From an uncultured bacterium (GTDB lineage Bacteria; Schekmanbacteria; GWA2-38-11; J061), in the NCBI GenBank assembly GCA_964549305.1, contig CAZJVM010000061.1, forward strand, positions 1-14,718: DNA of 14,718 nt. Reading direction: 5' to 3'. Shown piece by piece: positions 1-7,868 of the stretch; positions within the stretch are counted from its first letter, which is position 1, and each line of letters begins with the position of its first letter. The notes beneath the pieces are model-generated. The model was not told the origin of the DNA. It saw only the letters and a list, made by a program, of their open reading frames with translations, and ran no database searches. Both the position numbers and the translations under genes were made by a program.

Positions 1-54
1 CTCCGGCCCCCTGCTCCCAAGGCAGGTGCGCTAACCAGACTGCGCTACGCCCCG
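1..54 (-). tRNA. tRNA-Pro, anticodon UGG (5' 54 nt; T arm and 3' acceptor strand run off the left window edge)
   Basis: Reverse complement reads CGGGGCG TA GCGC AGTCTGGTTA GCGC A CCTGC CT-TGG-GA GCAGG GGGCC GGAG: 5' acceptor strand starting with C as in bacterial tRNA-Pro, D stem GCGC/GCGC with GG in the loop, perfect 5-bp anticodon stem CCTGC/GCAGG, 7-nt loop with TGG (window 17-19). Confidence 0.96.
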
Positions 55-128
55 AATTAAATAATGTTCCCTTTAACCTGATTTTACGAAAAATTTCAAG
101 AAGAAAACAGTTGCGCAAAGATTGTATT

Positions 129-1268
129 CTAAATAGATTCTGACGATTCGCGAATAACGTTGGATACATAATCTATCATTTCATTGGTCATCTCGGGATA
201 AATGGGAAGGCTTAAAATTTCATCTGCGGCTTTTTCCGCAAAGGGGAAATCGCCTCTTTTGTATCCCAAATAACTGTATGCAGGCTGAAGGTGGAGGGGA
301 ATCGGATAGTGAATGCCCGTGTTTACTCCCGCGGCATGAAGTTTTTCCGAAAGGGCGTTTCGTTTCTTGCTTCTTATTACAAATAGATGATAAACGGGTG
401 TGGTGCCTTCAGGCACAAGGGGAAGAGTTATTTCTTCTATATCGCGCAGTAGTGAAACATATCTTTCCGCGTTACGTCGCCTCTTTTCGCTCCATTCATC
501 GAGATGACGCAATTTAACCCTCAGAATTGCCGCCTGCAGGGCGTCGAGTCTCGAATTTATTCCTTCAAATTCGTGTTCGTGTTTTTTTTGCCTTCCGTGA
601 TTTCGCGCCATACGGACATAAGCGGCAATATTTTTGTCATTCGTTACGACTGCGCCTGCATCTCCGTAAGCGCCGAGATTTTTGCCCGGGAAAAAACTGA
701 ACCCCGCGGCATTTCCTAAGCTTCCCGTTTTTTTGCCCCTGTAATACGCGCCGTGTGCCTGCGCGGAATCTTCTATTACGCGGATTTCATACTTTTGTGC
801 GATTGTGAGGATTGCTTCCATATCGGCAGGTTGTCCGTAGAGATGCACGGGAATTACCGCCTTTGGCAGGGGATTTTTGGAAGAATATTTCTGCTCCGCT
901 TTTTTTAAGAAATCATCGAGCTTTTGAGGGTCCATGTTGCAGGTTTTTTCGTCTATATCTACAAACTCTGCCTTTCCGCCCGCAAGAGTGATTGCTTCCG
1001 TTGTGGCAATGAATGTGTTTGGCGCGGTAATGATTTTGTCACCTTTTTCTATTCTGCATCCTTTCAGCGCAAGCCAGAGCGCGTCTGTGCCGTTTCCAAC
1101 GCCGATGCAGTATTTCACGCCGCAAAAATCCGCAAATTCCTTTTCAAAGCTTTCAACTTCGCTTCCCATTATAAAGGAAGTATTTTCGATAACGCGCGCG
1201 ATTGCCCCGTCAATTTCCGTGCGGATTGATTCGTACTGCGCTTTCAGGTCAACGAATGGAATTTTCAT
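129..1268 (-). CDS. DegT/DnrJ/EryC1/StrS-family PLP-dependent nucleotide-sugar aminotransferase, WbpE/WlbC/FdtB-like (probable C3 aminotransferase)
   Basis: 379 aa; N-terminal [36 protein letters not shown]-lysine motif [38 protein letters not shown]-like AAGGA upstream. Confidence 0.93.
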   Translation of the reverse strand: MKIPFVDLKAQYESIRTEIDGAIARVIENTSFIMGSEVESFEKEFADFCGVKYCIGVGNGTDALWLALKGCRIEKGDKIITAPNTFIATTEAITLAGGKAEFVDIDEKTCNMDPQKLDDFLKKAEQKYSSKNPLPKAVIPVHLYGQPADMEAILTIAQKYEIRVIEDSAQAHGAYYRGKKTGSLGNAAGFSFFPGKNLGAYGDAGAVVTNDKNIAAYVRMARNHGRQKKHEHEFEGINSRLDALQAAILRVKLRHLDEWSEKRRRNAERYVSLLRDIEEITLPLVPEGTTPVYHLFVIRSKKRNALSEKLHAAGVNTGIHYPIPLHLQPAYSYLGYKRGDFPFAEKAADEILSLPIYPEMTNEMIDYVSNVIRESSESI

Positions 1269-1296
1269 ATCTTTTATTTTATTCCTTAAAACAACT

Positions 1297-1349
1297 ATTT
1301 GCCTCTGTACTTAATTTTCTATAACATAAAATTATAATTTCCGGCAAAT
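1297..1349. promoter_or_regulatory. Candidate overlapping divergent sigma70-type promoters
   Basis: 97-bp gap between divergent starts. + strand TTGCCT(1299-1304)-N17-TAACAT(1322-1327); - strand TTGCCG(1347-1342)-N18-TATAGA(1323-1318) with an extended TGn; palindrome AAATTATAATTT (1329-1340). Motif match only, in AT-rich DNA. Confidence 0.35.
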
Positions 1350-1365
1350 TCTAAGGAGAGTTTAT

Positions 1366-2397
1366 ATGATAAATGTTTCCGTAATCGGTTGCGGATACTG
1401 GGGACCGAATCTCGTAAGGAATTTCTACGAAAATTCATCGTGCACGTTAAAGCATTGCTGTGATTTGGATTCTTCAAAAACGGGGAAGATTTTAAAGAAA
1501 TATCCCTCCATAGAAGGCGTCGCGGATTGCGATGAAGTCATATCTTCACCTGAAACCGATGCCGTGGCGATTGCGACTCCGGCAAATACCCATTTTGAGC
1601 TTGCGAAAAAAGCCCTTGAGGCGGGAAAGCACGTACTCGTCGAAAAACCTTTATCACTCTCTTCACGGGAAGCGGAAGACATAATAAATATCTCAACAAA
1701 GAAAAATCTCGTTCTTATGGTAGGGCATACATTCGAATACAATCCCGCCGTGAGAAAATTAAAGGAAATAATCAATTCCGGCGATGTGGGCAATCCGATG
1801 TATCTGTATGCCGCGCGCCTCAATCTCGGAGTCTTGAGAAAAGACGTCAACTCAATGTGGAATCTTGCGCCTCACGACATTTCCATTTTTCTTTACCTTC
1901 TCGATGAGTTTCCTGTTTCCGTTTCTGCAATAGGAAAGTCATTTATCCGCGAGGATTTGGAAGATGTGGTTTTTCTCTATCTCGAGTTTAAGTCGGGAAT
2001 CGTTGCACATCTTCATATAAGTTGTCTTGACCCTTCAAAGGTGAGAAAGACCACGATTGTATGCGAAAAGAAGATGATTATTTACGATGATATGGACAAT
2101 GACGGCAGGGTAAAGATTTACGACAAAGGATTTGAAACTACACTTGCAACTGACGGAGGGATACAGGACTATATCATAAGACCGCGCGCGGGCGATATTC
2201 TTATACCCAAAATAGACAATACGGAACCTCTTCACTTAGAAACATCTCATTTTCTCCAATGTATCGAAAAAGGGGAAAAACCTCTTACAGACGGACTTAA
2301 CGGATTGAGAGTGGTCAATGTCCTTGAAACGGCGCAAAAATCTCTCAGGCAGGAGGGGGCAATGAAGAAGACGAATTGGGAGAAACTCAGTTTTTAA
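1366..2397 (+). CDS. Gfo/Idh/MocA-family NAD-dependent oxidoreductase, probable nucleotide-sugar 3-dehydrogenase (WbpB/WlbA/GnnA-like role)
   Basis: 343 aa; Rossmann VIGCGYWG, IATP...H, GKHVLVEKP, LMVGH, catalytic-His region NLAPHD; SD AAGGAG 7 nt before ATG; flanked by an aminotransferase and an acetyltransferase. Confidence 0.9.
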   Translation: MINVSVIGCGYWGPNLVRNFYENSSCTLKHCCDLDSSKTGKILKKYPSIEGVADCDEVISSPETDAVAIATPANTHFELAKKALEAGKHVLVEKPLSLSSREAEDIINISTKKNLVLMVGHTFEYNPAVRKLKEIINSGDVGNPMYLYAARLNLGVLRKDVNSMWNLAPHDISIFLYLLDEFPVSVSAIGKSFIREDLEDVVFLYLEFKSGIVAHLHISCLDPSKVRKTTIVCEKKMIIYDDMDNDGRVKIYDKGFETTLATDGGIQDYIIRPRAGDILIPKIDNTEPLHLETSHFLQCIEKGEKPLTDGLNGLRVVNVLETAQKSLRQEGAMKKTNWEKLSF

Positions 2398-2421
2398 CCA
2401 CTTGGAGACAGGCGAAAAAAA

Positions 2422-3069
2422 GTGATAAGCAAAAGCGCGATTATTCATAAAGGCGTCAAACTGGGGAAAAACTGCATTGTGGAAGAGTATGCGGTAATCG
2501 GCGCTTTACCGCGGGGCGCGAAAGAAGGGGAATTGGAAACGGTTATAGGAGACAATGCGGTAATTCGCTCCCACACGATAATCTATGGAGATAACATAAT
2601 AGGAAACAATTTTCAGACGGGAAATAAAGCCAATATCAGGGAATCCAACGAAATAGGAAATGATGTGAGAATCGGGACGTTGTCCGTCATAGAGCATCAT
2701 GTCACGATAGGCAGTAATGTGAGAATTCACACGCAGGCATTCATTCCCGAATACACGGTTCTTGAAGAGGGCGCGTGGATAGGACCCAATGTGGTATTTA
2801 CCAATGCTCTTCATCCGCAATGTCCCAAAGTGATGGAATGCCTTAAGGGTGCAACAGTCAAAAAGTGCGTCATAGTGGGTGCCAATTCCACTATTTTACC
2901 TGACATAACTTTGGGAGAAAACTGCTTCGTTGCCGCAGGCGCCGTGGTTACAGACGATATTCCCGCGGGAAAAGTTGCCGCGGGCAACCCTGCGAAGGTT
3001 ATAAAAGATGTTTCGGATTTTAAATGCCCTTACAACCTCATCGATACCCCCTATAAGATTAGGAGTTGA
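2422..3069 (+). CDS. Left-handed beta-helix (hexapeptide repeat) N-acetyltransferase, WbpD/WlbB-like
   Basis: 215 aa, GTG start; many [LIV]G-x-x-x-x repeats (LGKNCI, IGDNAV, IGNNFQ, IGNDVR, IGSNVR), WIGPNVVFTN, VGANSTILP, AAGAVVTDDIP, C-terminal GNPAKVIK. Confidence 0.9.
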   Translation: MISKSAIIHKGVKLGKNCIVEEYAVIGALPRGAKEGELETVIGDNAVIRSHTIIYGDNIIGNNFQTGNKANIRESNEIGNDVRIGTLSVIEHHVTIGSNVRIHTQAFIPEYTVLEEGAWIGPNVVFTNALHPQCPKVMECLKGATVKKCVIVGANSTILPDITLGENCFVAAGAVVTDDIPAGKVAAGNPAKVIKDVSDFKCPYNLIDTPYKIRS

Positions 3070-3079
3070 TCTTCCATAG

Positions 3080-4291
3080 ATGATTTCAACTGACATACTG
3101 ATTACGGGCGCGGGAATAACCGGGCTTTCCGTTGCGCGTGAAATAAAGGCGCGCCATCCCTCTGCGAAAATTGTAATTTTGGAGAAGGAAAACGAGCTTG
3201 CCTTTCACGCAAGCGGAAGAAACAGCGGAGTAATACATGCGGGATTTTACTATACTCCCGATTCGCTCAAGGCAAAGCTAACCGTTGAGGGCAACCGCCT
3301 TCTTACGCAATACTGCATTGAAAACCGGCTCAATATTTTACGGTGCGGAAAGGTTGTTGTGGCAAAGAATGAAAAAGAGCTTGAAACGCTTTTTGAACTT
3401 AAAAGGAGAGGAGACAATAACGGCGCCACGCTCGATGTAATTGATGAGAATGAATTAAATCATATCGAGCCAAATGCAAAAACATTCGGGAAAGCGTTGT
3501 ATTCTCCATCGACTTCCACAATAGAGCCTAAAGAAGTCGTGAAAGATATGGCGAAGCGGTTAAGTTTAAGTAAAGATGTCGAAATCCTTTTGGGGACGAA
3601 GTTTTTAACACGGGAAGGAAACAATGCTGTCAACTCCACAGGCGGGGTTATTTCATACAAATACCTTATAAACTGTGCCGGGCTTTATGCTGACAGAGTC
3701 GCGCGCCAATTCGGCGCAGGAAAAAAATATACATTCATTCCCTTTAAGGGATTGTACCTCAAATACCTCGATGACACCTTAATAGAAAAGCATATATATC
3801 CGGTGCCTGATATTGACAATCCCTTTCTCGGAGTGCATTTCACTAAGTCTGTAGAGGGAAGCGTGAAAATTGGCCCTACTGCAATCCCCGCGTTCTGGAG
3901 GGAAAATTACAGAGGAATTTCAAGGTTTAAGGCACGCGAGTTTTTGGAAACGCTTTCTCTTGAAGCAAAACTCTTTGTAATGAATTCTTTTGGTTTCAGA
4001 CAGATAGCGCTCAGGGAGATGAGGAAGTATTCCATAAAAACATTTGCTTCACAGGCGGCTCTGCTTGTTAAAAAGATAGATTGTGAAAGATTCGGAAGCT
4101 ATTTAACTCCCGGAATAAGAGCACAGCTTGTTGACCTGGAAAAAATGAAACTCGAGATGGATTTTGTTATTGAAAAAAGTGATAACTCGGTGCATATACT
4201 AAATGCTGTATCGCCAGCTTTTACCTGCGCTTTTTCTTTCGGAAGGTATGTAGTCGATATGATAGACGATGAGTTAAAAAATCTTAAATGA
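3080..4291 (+). CDS. lhgO: L-2-hydroxyglutarate oxidase family FAD-dependent oxidoreductase
   Basis: 403 aa; FAD-binding GAGITG...LEKE, HASGRNSGVIHAGFYY, CGKVVVA, NCAGLYAD, IYPVPD...PFLGVHFT, GIRAQ, HILNAVSPAFT, all typical of the LhgO/L2HGDH family. Substrate not proven. Confidence 0.85.
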   Translation: MISTDILITGAGITGLSVAREIKARHPSAKIVILEKENELAFHASGRNSGVIHAGFYYTPDSLKAKLTVEGNRLLTQYCIENRLNILRCGKVVVAKNEKELETLFELKRRGDNNGATLDVIDENELNHIEPNAKTFGKALYSPSTSTIEPKEVVKDMAKRLSLSKDVEILLGTKFLTREGNNAVNSTGGVISYKYLINCAGLYADRVARQFGAGKKYTFIPFKGLYLKYLDDTLIEKHIYPVPDIDNPFLGVHFTKSVEGSVKIGPTAIPAFWRENYRGISRFKAREFLETLSLEAKLFVMNSFGFRQIALREMRKYSIKTFASQAALLVKKIDCERFGSYLTPGIRAQLVDLEKMKLEMDFVIEKSDNSVHILNAVSPAFTCAFSFGRYVVDMIDDELKNLK

Positions 4292-4330
4292 GACAATAAT
4301 GTTCGCTTATAAAAACAGGAGAATAAATTA

Positions 4331-5371
4331 ATGGGAAAAAAAGCTCTCATAACGGGAATCACGGGACAGGACGGAGCGTATCTTTCAAAGCTTCTTCTTG
4401 AAAATGGATATGAAGTCTATGGTGCCTTCCGAAGGACTTCGGACCTTCATCTCGAGCGCCTGAAGTTTCTGGGGATAGATGCGGATATTCGATATACGCC
4501 TCTTGAACTTCTAGAATTTACAAATATATACAGGACACTGGAAAAGATTCAGCCCGATGAAGTTTATAATCTCGGTGCTCAGAGTTTTGTGGCACTTTCC
4601 TTCGAAGAACCGATTTTTACTACCGATGTTACCGCTATCGGAGTCCTTCGCATACTGGAAGCAATAAGGGCGATCAATCCCAAAATAAAATTTTATCAGG
4701 CATCTTCAAGCGAAATGTTCGGAAAAGTACAGGCGATTCCTCAAAATGAAAACACCCCCTTCTATCCGAGAAGTCCCTATGCCGTGGCAAAAATGTTTGG
4801 ACATAACATAACGGTGAATTACCGCGAATCCTACGATCTCTTTGCCTGCTCGGGAATCCTTTTCAATCACGAATCTCCTTTGCGAGGTTATGAGTTTGTA
4901 ACGAGAAAGCTTACCTATGGAATCGCAAGGATTAAATGCGGGCTTCAGGATAAAATTCAGCTCGGGAATATGGAGGCAAAGAGAGACTGGGGATATGCGC
5001 CTGAGTATGTAGAGGCGATGTGGAAAATGCTTCAGCACGACAGCGCAGATGATTATGTCGTTGCCACGGGCGAAACACATTCCGTGAGGGAGTTTGTTGA
5101 AAGCGCTTTCAACCATATCGGAATCGATATTGATTGGCAGGGTGAGGGAGTTGACGAAAAGGGGATTGATAAAAAAACAGGCAAAACAGTACTTGAAGTT
5201 TCTCCTGAATTTTTCAGGCCTGCCGAAGTTCAGCTTCTCATCGGTGATGCTTCAAAGGCAAAAAAAGTATTGGGATGGCAGCCGAAAACCAAGTTTACCG
5301 ACCTCGTGAAGATAATGGTCGAAAGCGATGTAAAAAGAGTTATGGATAAAAAGCAGAATAAACATCTTTAA
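4331..5371 (+). CDS. gmd: GDP-mannose 4,6-dehydratase
   Basis: 346 aa; ALITGITGQDGAYL, PDEVYNLGAQSFV, FYQASSSEMFG, PFYPRSPYAVAK (YxxxK), GILFNHESPLRG, FVTRK, KRDWGYA, FRPAEV; SD AGGAG 9 nt upstream. Confidence 0.98.
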   Translation: MGKKALITGITGQDGAYLSKLLLENGYEVYGAFRRTSDLHLERLKFLGIDADIRYTPLELLEFTNIYRTLEKIQPDEVYNLGAQSFVALSFEEPIFTTDVTAIGVLRILEAIRAINPKIKFYQASSSEMFGKVQAIPQNENTPFYPRSPYAVAKMFGHNITVNYRESYDLFACSGILFNHESPLRGYEFVTRKLTYGIARIKCGLQDKIQLGNMEAKRDWGYAPEYVEAMWKMLQHDSADDYVVATGETHSVREFVESAFNHIGIDIDWQGEGVDEKGIDKKTGKTVLEVSPEFFRPAEVQLLIGDASKAKKVLGWQPKTKFTDLVKIMVESDVKRVMDKKQNKHL

Positions 5372-7104
5372 CCGGTGTCTTCGGCGGGAAGTGAAATCGT
5401 AAAAACCGTTCCCTGCCCGGGAGTACTCTTCACATCAAGAGACCCGTTATGAAGAAGTGTTATATGTTTAACGATGGAAAGGCCTAATCCGGTGCCGCCA
5501 AGTTTGCGTGAACGGGATTTGTCACAGACATAAAACCTTTCGAATATTCGTGAAATATCATTTTCGGGTATACCTATTCCAGTGTCTTCAATTTTAATGA
5601 GAAGTTTTTTGCCTGAAAATTCTGTTGTTATTGTTATTCTTCCCTTTTCAGTGTATTTTAACGCGTTGTCAACGAGGTTGATAAGCATCTGCTCAATTTT
5701 AAAGGTGTCACCGTTGATGACAGGAATTTTTTCCGGGAAAACAGTCTCAAGTTCCAATCCCTTAGAACGCGCTTTATCTTCAAAAAGTTTTAAAACTTTA
5801 TTTATCACGGCGTCTATTCTGATTGTTTCATATGCCAATTCTCCGTTCCTGTTTTCAAGTTCTCCGAGAACAAGCAGGTCATTTACAATATTTATGAGAC
5901 GGTCTGTATGGTTTAGTATGATATCTATGTATTCCTTTGCCTCGCCCTGTATATCCTCTTCAAGTGTTTCTGCGAATCCCTTTATTGCCGTAAGAGGAGT
6001 TCGAAGTTCGTGCGAAACATTGGTTACGAAGTCTTTCTTGATTTGTTCAAGATTTTTAATCTCGCTTATGTCATAAAACAGGAGAGCAATGTTTTTAACC
6101 AAAGCAACGGGCGACGCGCTTATGAAGAAATTTTTATTACGAATTTCTATTTCGCAACTGTAGTTTTCTTTTCCCGCTCTCACATTGTCGACAATTTCCT
6201 TAAAAAGGGGATTTCTTACTATTTCCCAGTAATTTCTTCCTTTAGTAATTTGTACAGCAAAAATCTTTTCGAGGCTTTTATTAAACAGAACAATTTTGTC
6301 ATTTTTATCTATTACGAGAAGTCCTTCTCTCAATGATGAGATAATTGCGTCGAGTTCGCGTTTTTTAGTGTCAAGTTCGGTAAACAGTTTTTTGACCTGT
6401 TCCGCCATAATGTTGAAATTGTTCGATAGGGTGCTCAGTTCATTATTGCTTTTTATAATCACTCTTGCGTCAAAATCTCCTTCTGAAAGGCGGTTTGAAG
6501 CAGATATTAATTCTTCCACGGGTTTTGAAAAACCGCGGGAAATAATAAGCGAGGCAACAAAGCAAATAATAAGAATAATTAGTGCAATGCCAATAATTCT
6601 CGCCTTAATCGTGTCAAGTAAGGAATTAATCTTTTTCAGATAAAGACTGACTCTTAGTACGCCTTCGATTTTATTATTTTCAATAATAGGGACTGCGACA
6701 TACAACATTTCTTCCTTTACCGTATTGCTAAAACGAAGCGAGGAACCCATTTTCCCCTCAAGCGCTTTGATGATTTCATCTCTTGTCCGATGATTTTCCA
6801 TTAATTCCGGATTTTTTTCCGAATCGGCAAGTACCTTTCCGTCCGGTGTGATGACCGTTATCCTTGTCTGTATTTTGGCGCCCATTCTTTTTGCTAAATA
6901 GTCCATTCCTGAAAAATCTTTATTTTTGTAGAAAGGTTTGACAGATACTTTCAAAGTTTCAGCGAGATTAAAAAGGTTTTCCTTCAGAGAATCTATATAG
7001 AATGATTTGATAACGCTGAAAGAGGTAAGAAGTATGAGCAATGTGAGGAGGAAAGTTATTAATATGTAACCTGTAAAGATTCCGCTGAAAAAAGATTTTT
7101 TCAT
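5368..7104 (-). CDS. phoR: Sensor histidine kinase, PhoR-like (TM - extracytoplasmic domain - TM - HAMP - PAS - HisKA - HATPase)
   Basis: 578 aa; two hydrophobic helices, ENHRTRDEI in the sensor loop, HAMP (P...NELSTLSNNFNIMA), PAS-like REGLLVID, H-box DFVTNVSHELRTPLTAIKGF, N-box NLVDNALKY, DTGIGIP, FERFY, DKSRSRKLGGTGLGLSIVKH. Kinase call is firm; PhoR specificity is less so. Confidence 0.8.
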   Translation of the reverse strand: MKKSFFSGIFTGYILITFLLTLLILLTSFSVIKSFYIDSLKENLFNLAETLKVSVKPFYKNKDFSGMDYLAKRMGAKIQTRITVITPDGKVLADSEKNPELMENHRTRDEIIKALEGKMGSSLRFSNTVKEEMLYVAVPIIENNKIEGVLRVSLYLKKINSLLDTIKARIIGIALIILIICFVASLIISRGFSKPVEELISASNRLSEGDFDARVIIKSNNELSTLSNNFNIMAEQVKKLFTELDTKKRELDAIISSLREGLLVIDKNDKIVLFNKSLEKIFAVQITKGRNYWEIVRNPLFKEIVDNVRAGKENYSCEIEIRNKNFFISASPVALVKNIALLFYDISEIKNLEQIKKDFVTNVSHELRTPLTAIKGFAETLEEDIQGEAKEYIDIILNHTDRLINIVNDLLVLGELENRNGELAYETIRIDAVINKVLKLFEDKARSKGLELETVFPEKIPVINGDTFKIEQMLINLVDNALKYTEKGRITITTEFSGKKLLIKIEDTGIGIPENDISRIFERFYVCDKSRSRKLGGTGLGLSIVKHITLLHNGSLDVKSTPGQGTVFTISLPAEDTG

Positions 7105-7781
7105 TCGTCTAATTTATACCCTATGCCTCGTATATTTTTAATAATTTTTGAGGCATCCCCGAGTTTTTCTCTGAGATGTCGGATATGCACATCTACTGTG
7201 CGGTCAATGACAATTTTGTCATTACCCCAAATCTTGTCGAGAATGCTTGTTCTCGAAAAAACTTTACCGGGATTTTCGGCAAATAGACGGAGGATTTTAA
7301 ATTCGGTGCTTGTCAGCTCGATTTCTGCGCCTTTTATCGTTACTACAAATTTTTCTGTATCAATTTTAATATCCCTGCCCAGGGAAATTCTTCCAATTGC
7401 TTTTTCTCCGCTTTCACGCCGAAGCACCGCTTTCACTCTTGCTGTGAGTTCTTTCGGCGAGAAGGGTTTTGTTACATAATCATCTGCACCGAGCTCCAGG
7501 CCGAGGATTTTGTCGATTTCATCCCCCTTTGCCGAGACTATGATAATTTTGCAGGAATTAAGCCCCCGCTCATTTCTTATGTGTTTGCAGATTTCAATTC
7601 CGTCGGTATCGGGAAGCATAAGGTCAAGGACTACGAGTTGAGGGATATTTTTATTCAGCGATTTTAAAAAACTTTTTCCATCAAGGAAAAGTTTTGTTTC
7701 GAATCCGGCTTTATCCAAATGAACAGATATCAGTTTTGCAATATCCGGTTCATCTTCAACTATGGCAATATAGGTCTTCAT
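7101..7781 (-). CDS. phoB: OmpR/PhoB-family response regulator (PhoB/PhoP-like)
   Basis: 226 aa; receiver IVEDE, phospho-acceptor LDLMLP, GADDYVTKPFS; winged helix LTSTEF, RTVDVHIRHLREKL, IRGIGY. ATGA overlap with the kinase (7101-7104). Confidence 0.8.
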   Translation of the reverse strand: MKTYIAIVEDEPDIAKLISVHLDKAGFETKLFLDGKSFLKSLNKNIPQLVVLDLMLPDTDGIEICKHIRNERGLNSCKIIIVSAKGDEIDKILGLELGADDYVTKPFSPKELTARVKAVLRRESGEKAIGRISLGRDIKIDTEKFVVTIKGAEIELTSTEFKILRLFAENPGKVFSRTSILDKIWGNDKIVIDRTVDVHIRHLREKLGDASKIIKNIRGIGYKLDE

Positions 7782-7844
7782 ATCTGATTAGATTAATATT
7801 CTCATATTAAACATATTAAGAGGAGTTTGAAAATTCTTTTCTTG

Positions 7845-7868
7845 AAAAAACCGGAGTTTCAGCCGGTT
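7845..7868 (-). terminator. Possible weak intrinsic terminator at the end of arnD
   Basis: - strand AACCGG-CTGAAACT-CCGG-TTTTTT: short GC stem, 8-nt loop containing the arnD TGA stop, 6-U tract. Confidence 0.4.

Noticed and set aside
55-128. Dedicated tRNA promoter or TTGCGCAA palindrome (111-118) as a regulatory site
   Set aside because: No convincing -35/-10 pair at correct spacing, and an 8-bp palindrome is expected by chance.
278-1314. + strand ORFs 278-517, 504-719, 924-1229, 934-1314
   Set aside because: Antisense shadows of the aminotransferase with no recognisable motifs.
2398-3079. Unusually long SD-to-start spacing (about 13-14 nt) before several genes
   Set aside because: Other genes here have normal 7-10 nt spacing, some starts are uncertain, and the sample is too small to claim a pattern.
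1425-5309. Short alternative ORFs inside the + strand operon (e.g. 1425-1850, 2506-2820, 4706-5116, 5094-5309)
   Set aside because: They overlap well-supported genes and show no family signature.
1-5371. Genomic island integrated at tRNA-Pro
   Set aside because: The window lies on the 5' side of the tRNA, whereas integration normally targets the 3' end (outside the window). No integrase or duplicated tRNA fragment was seen.
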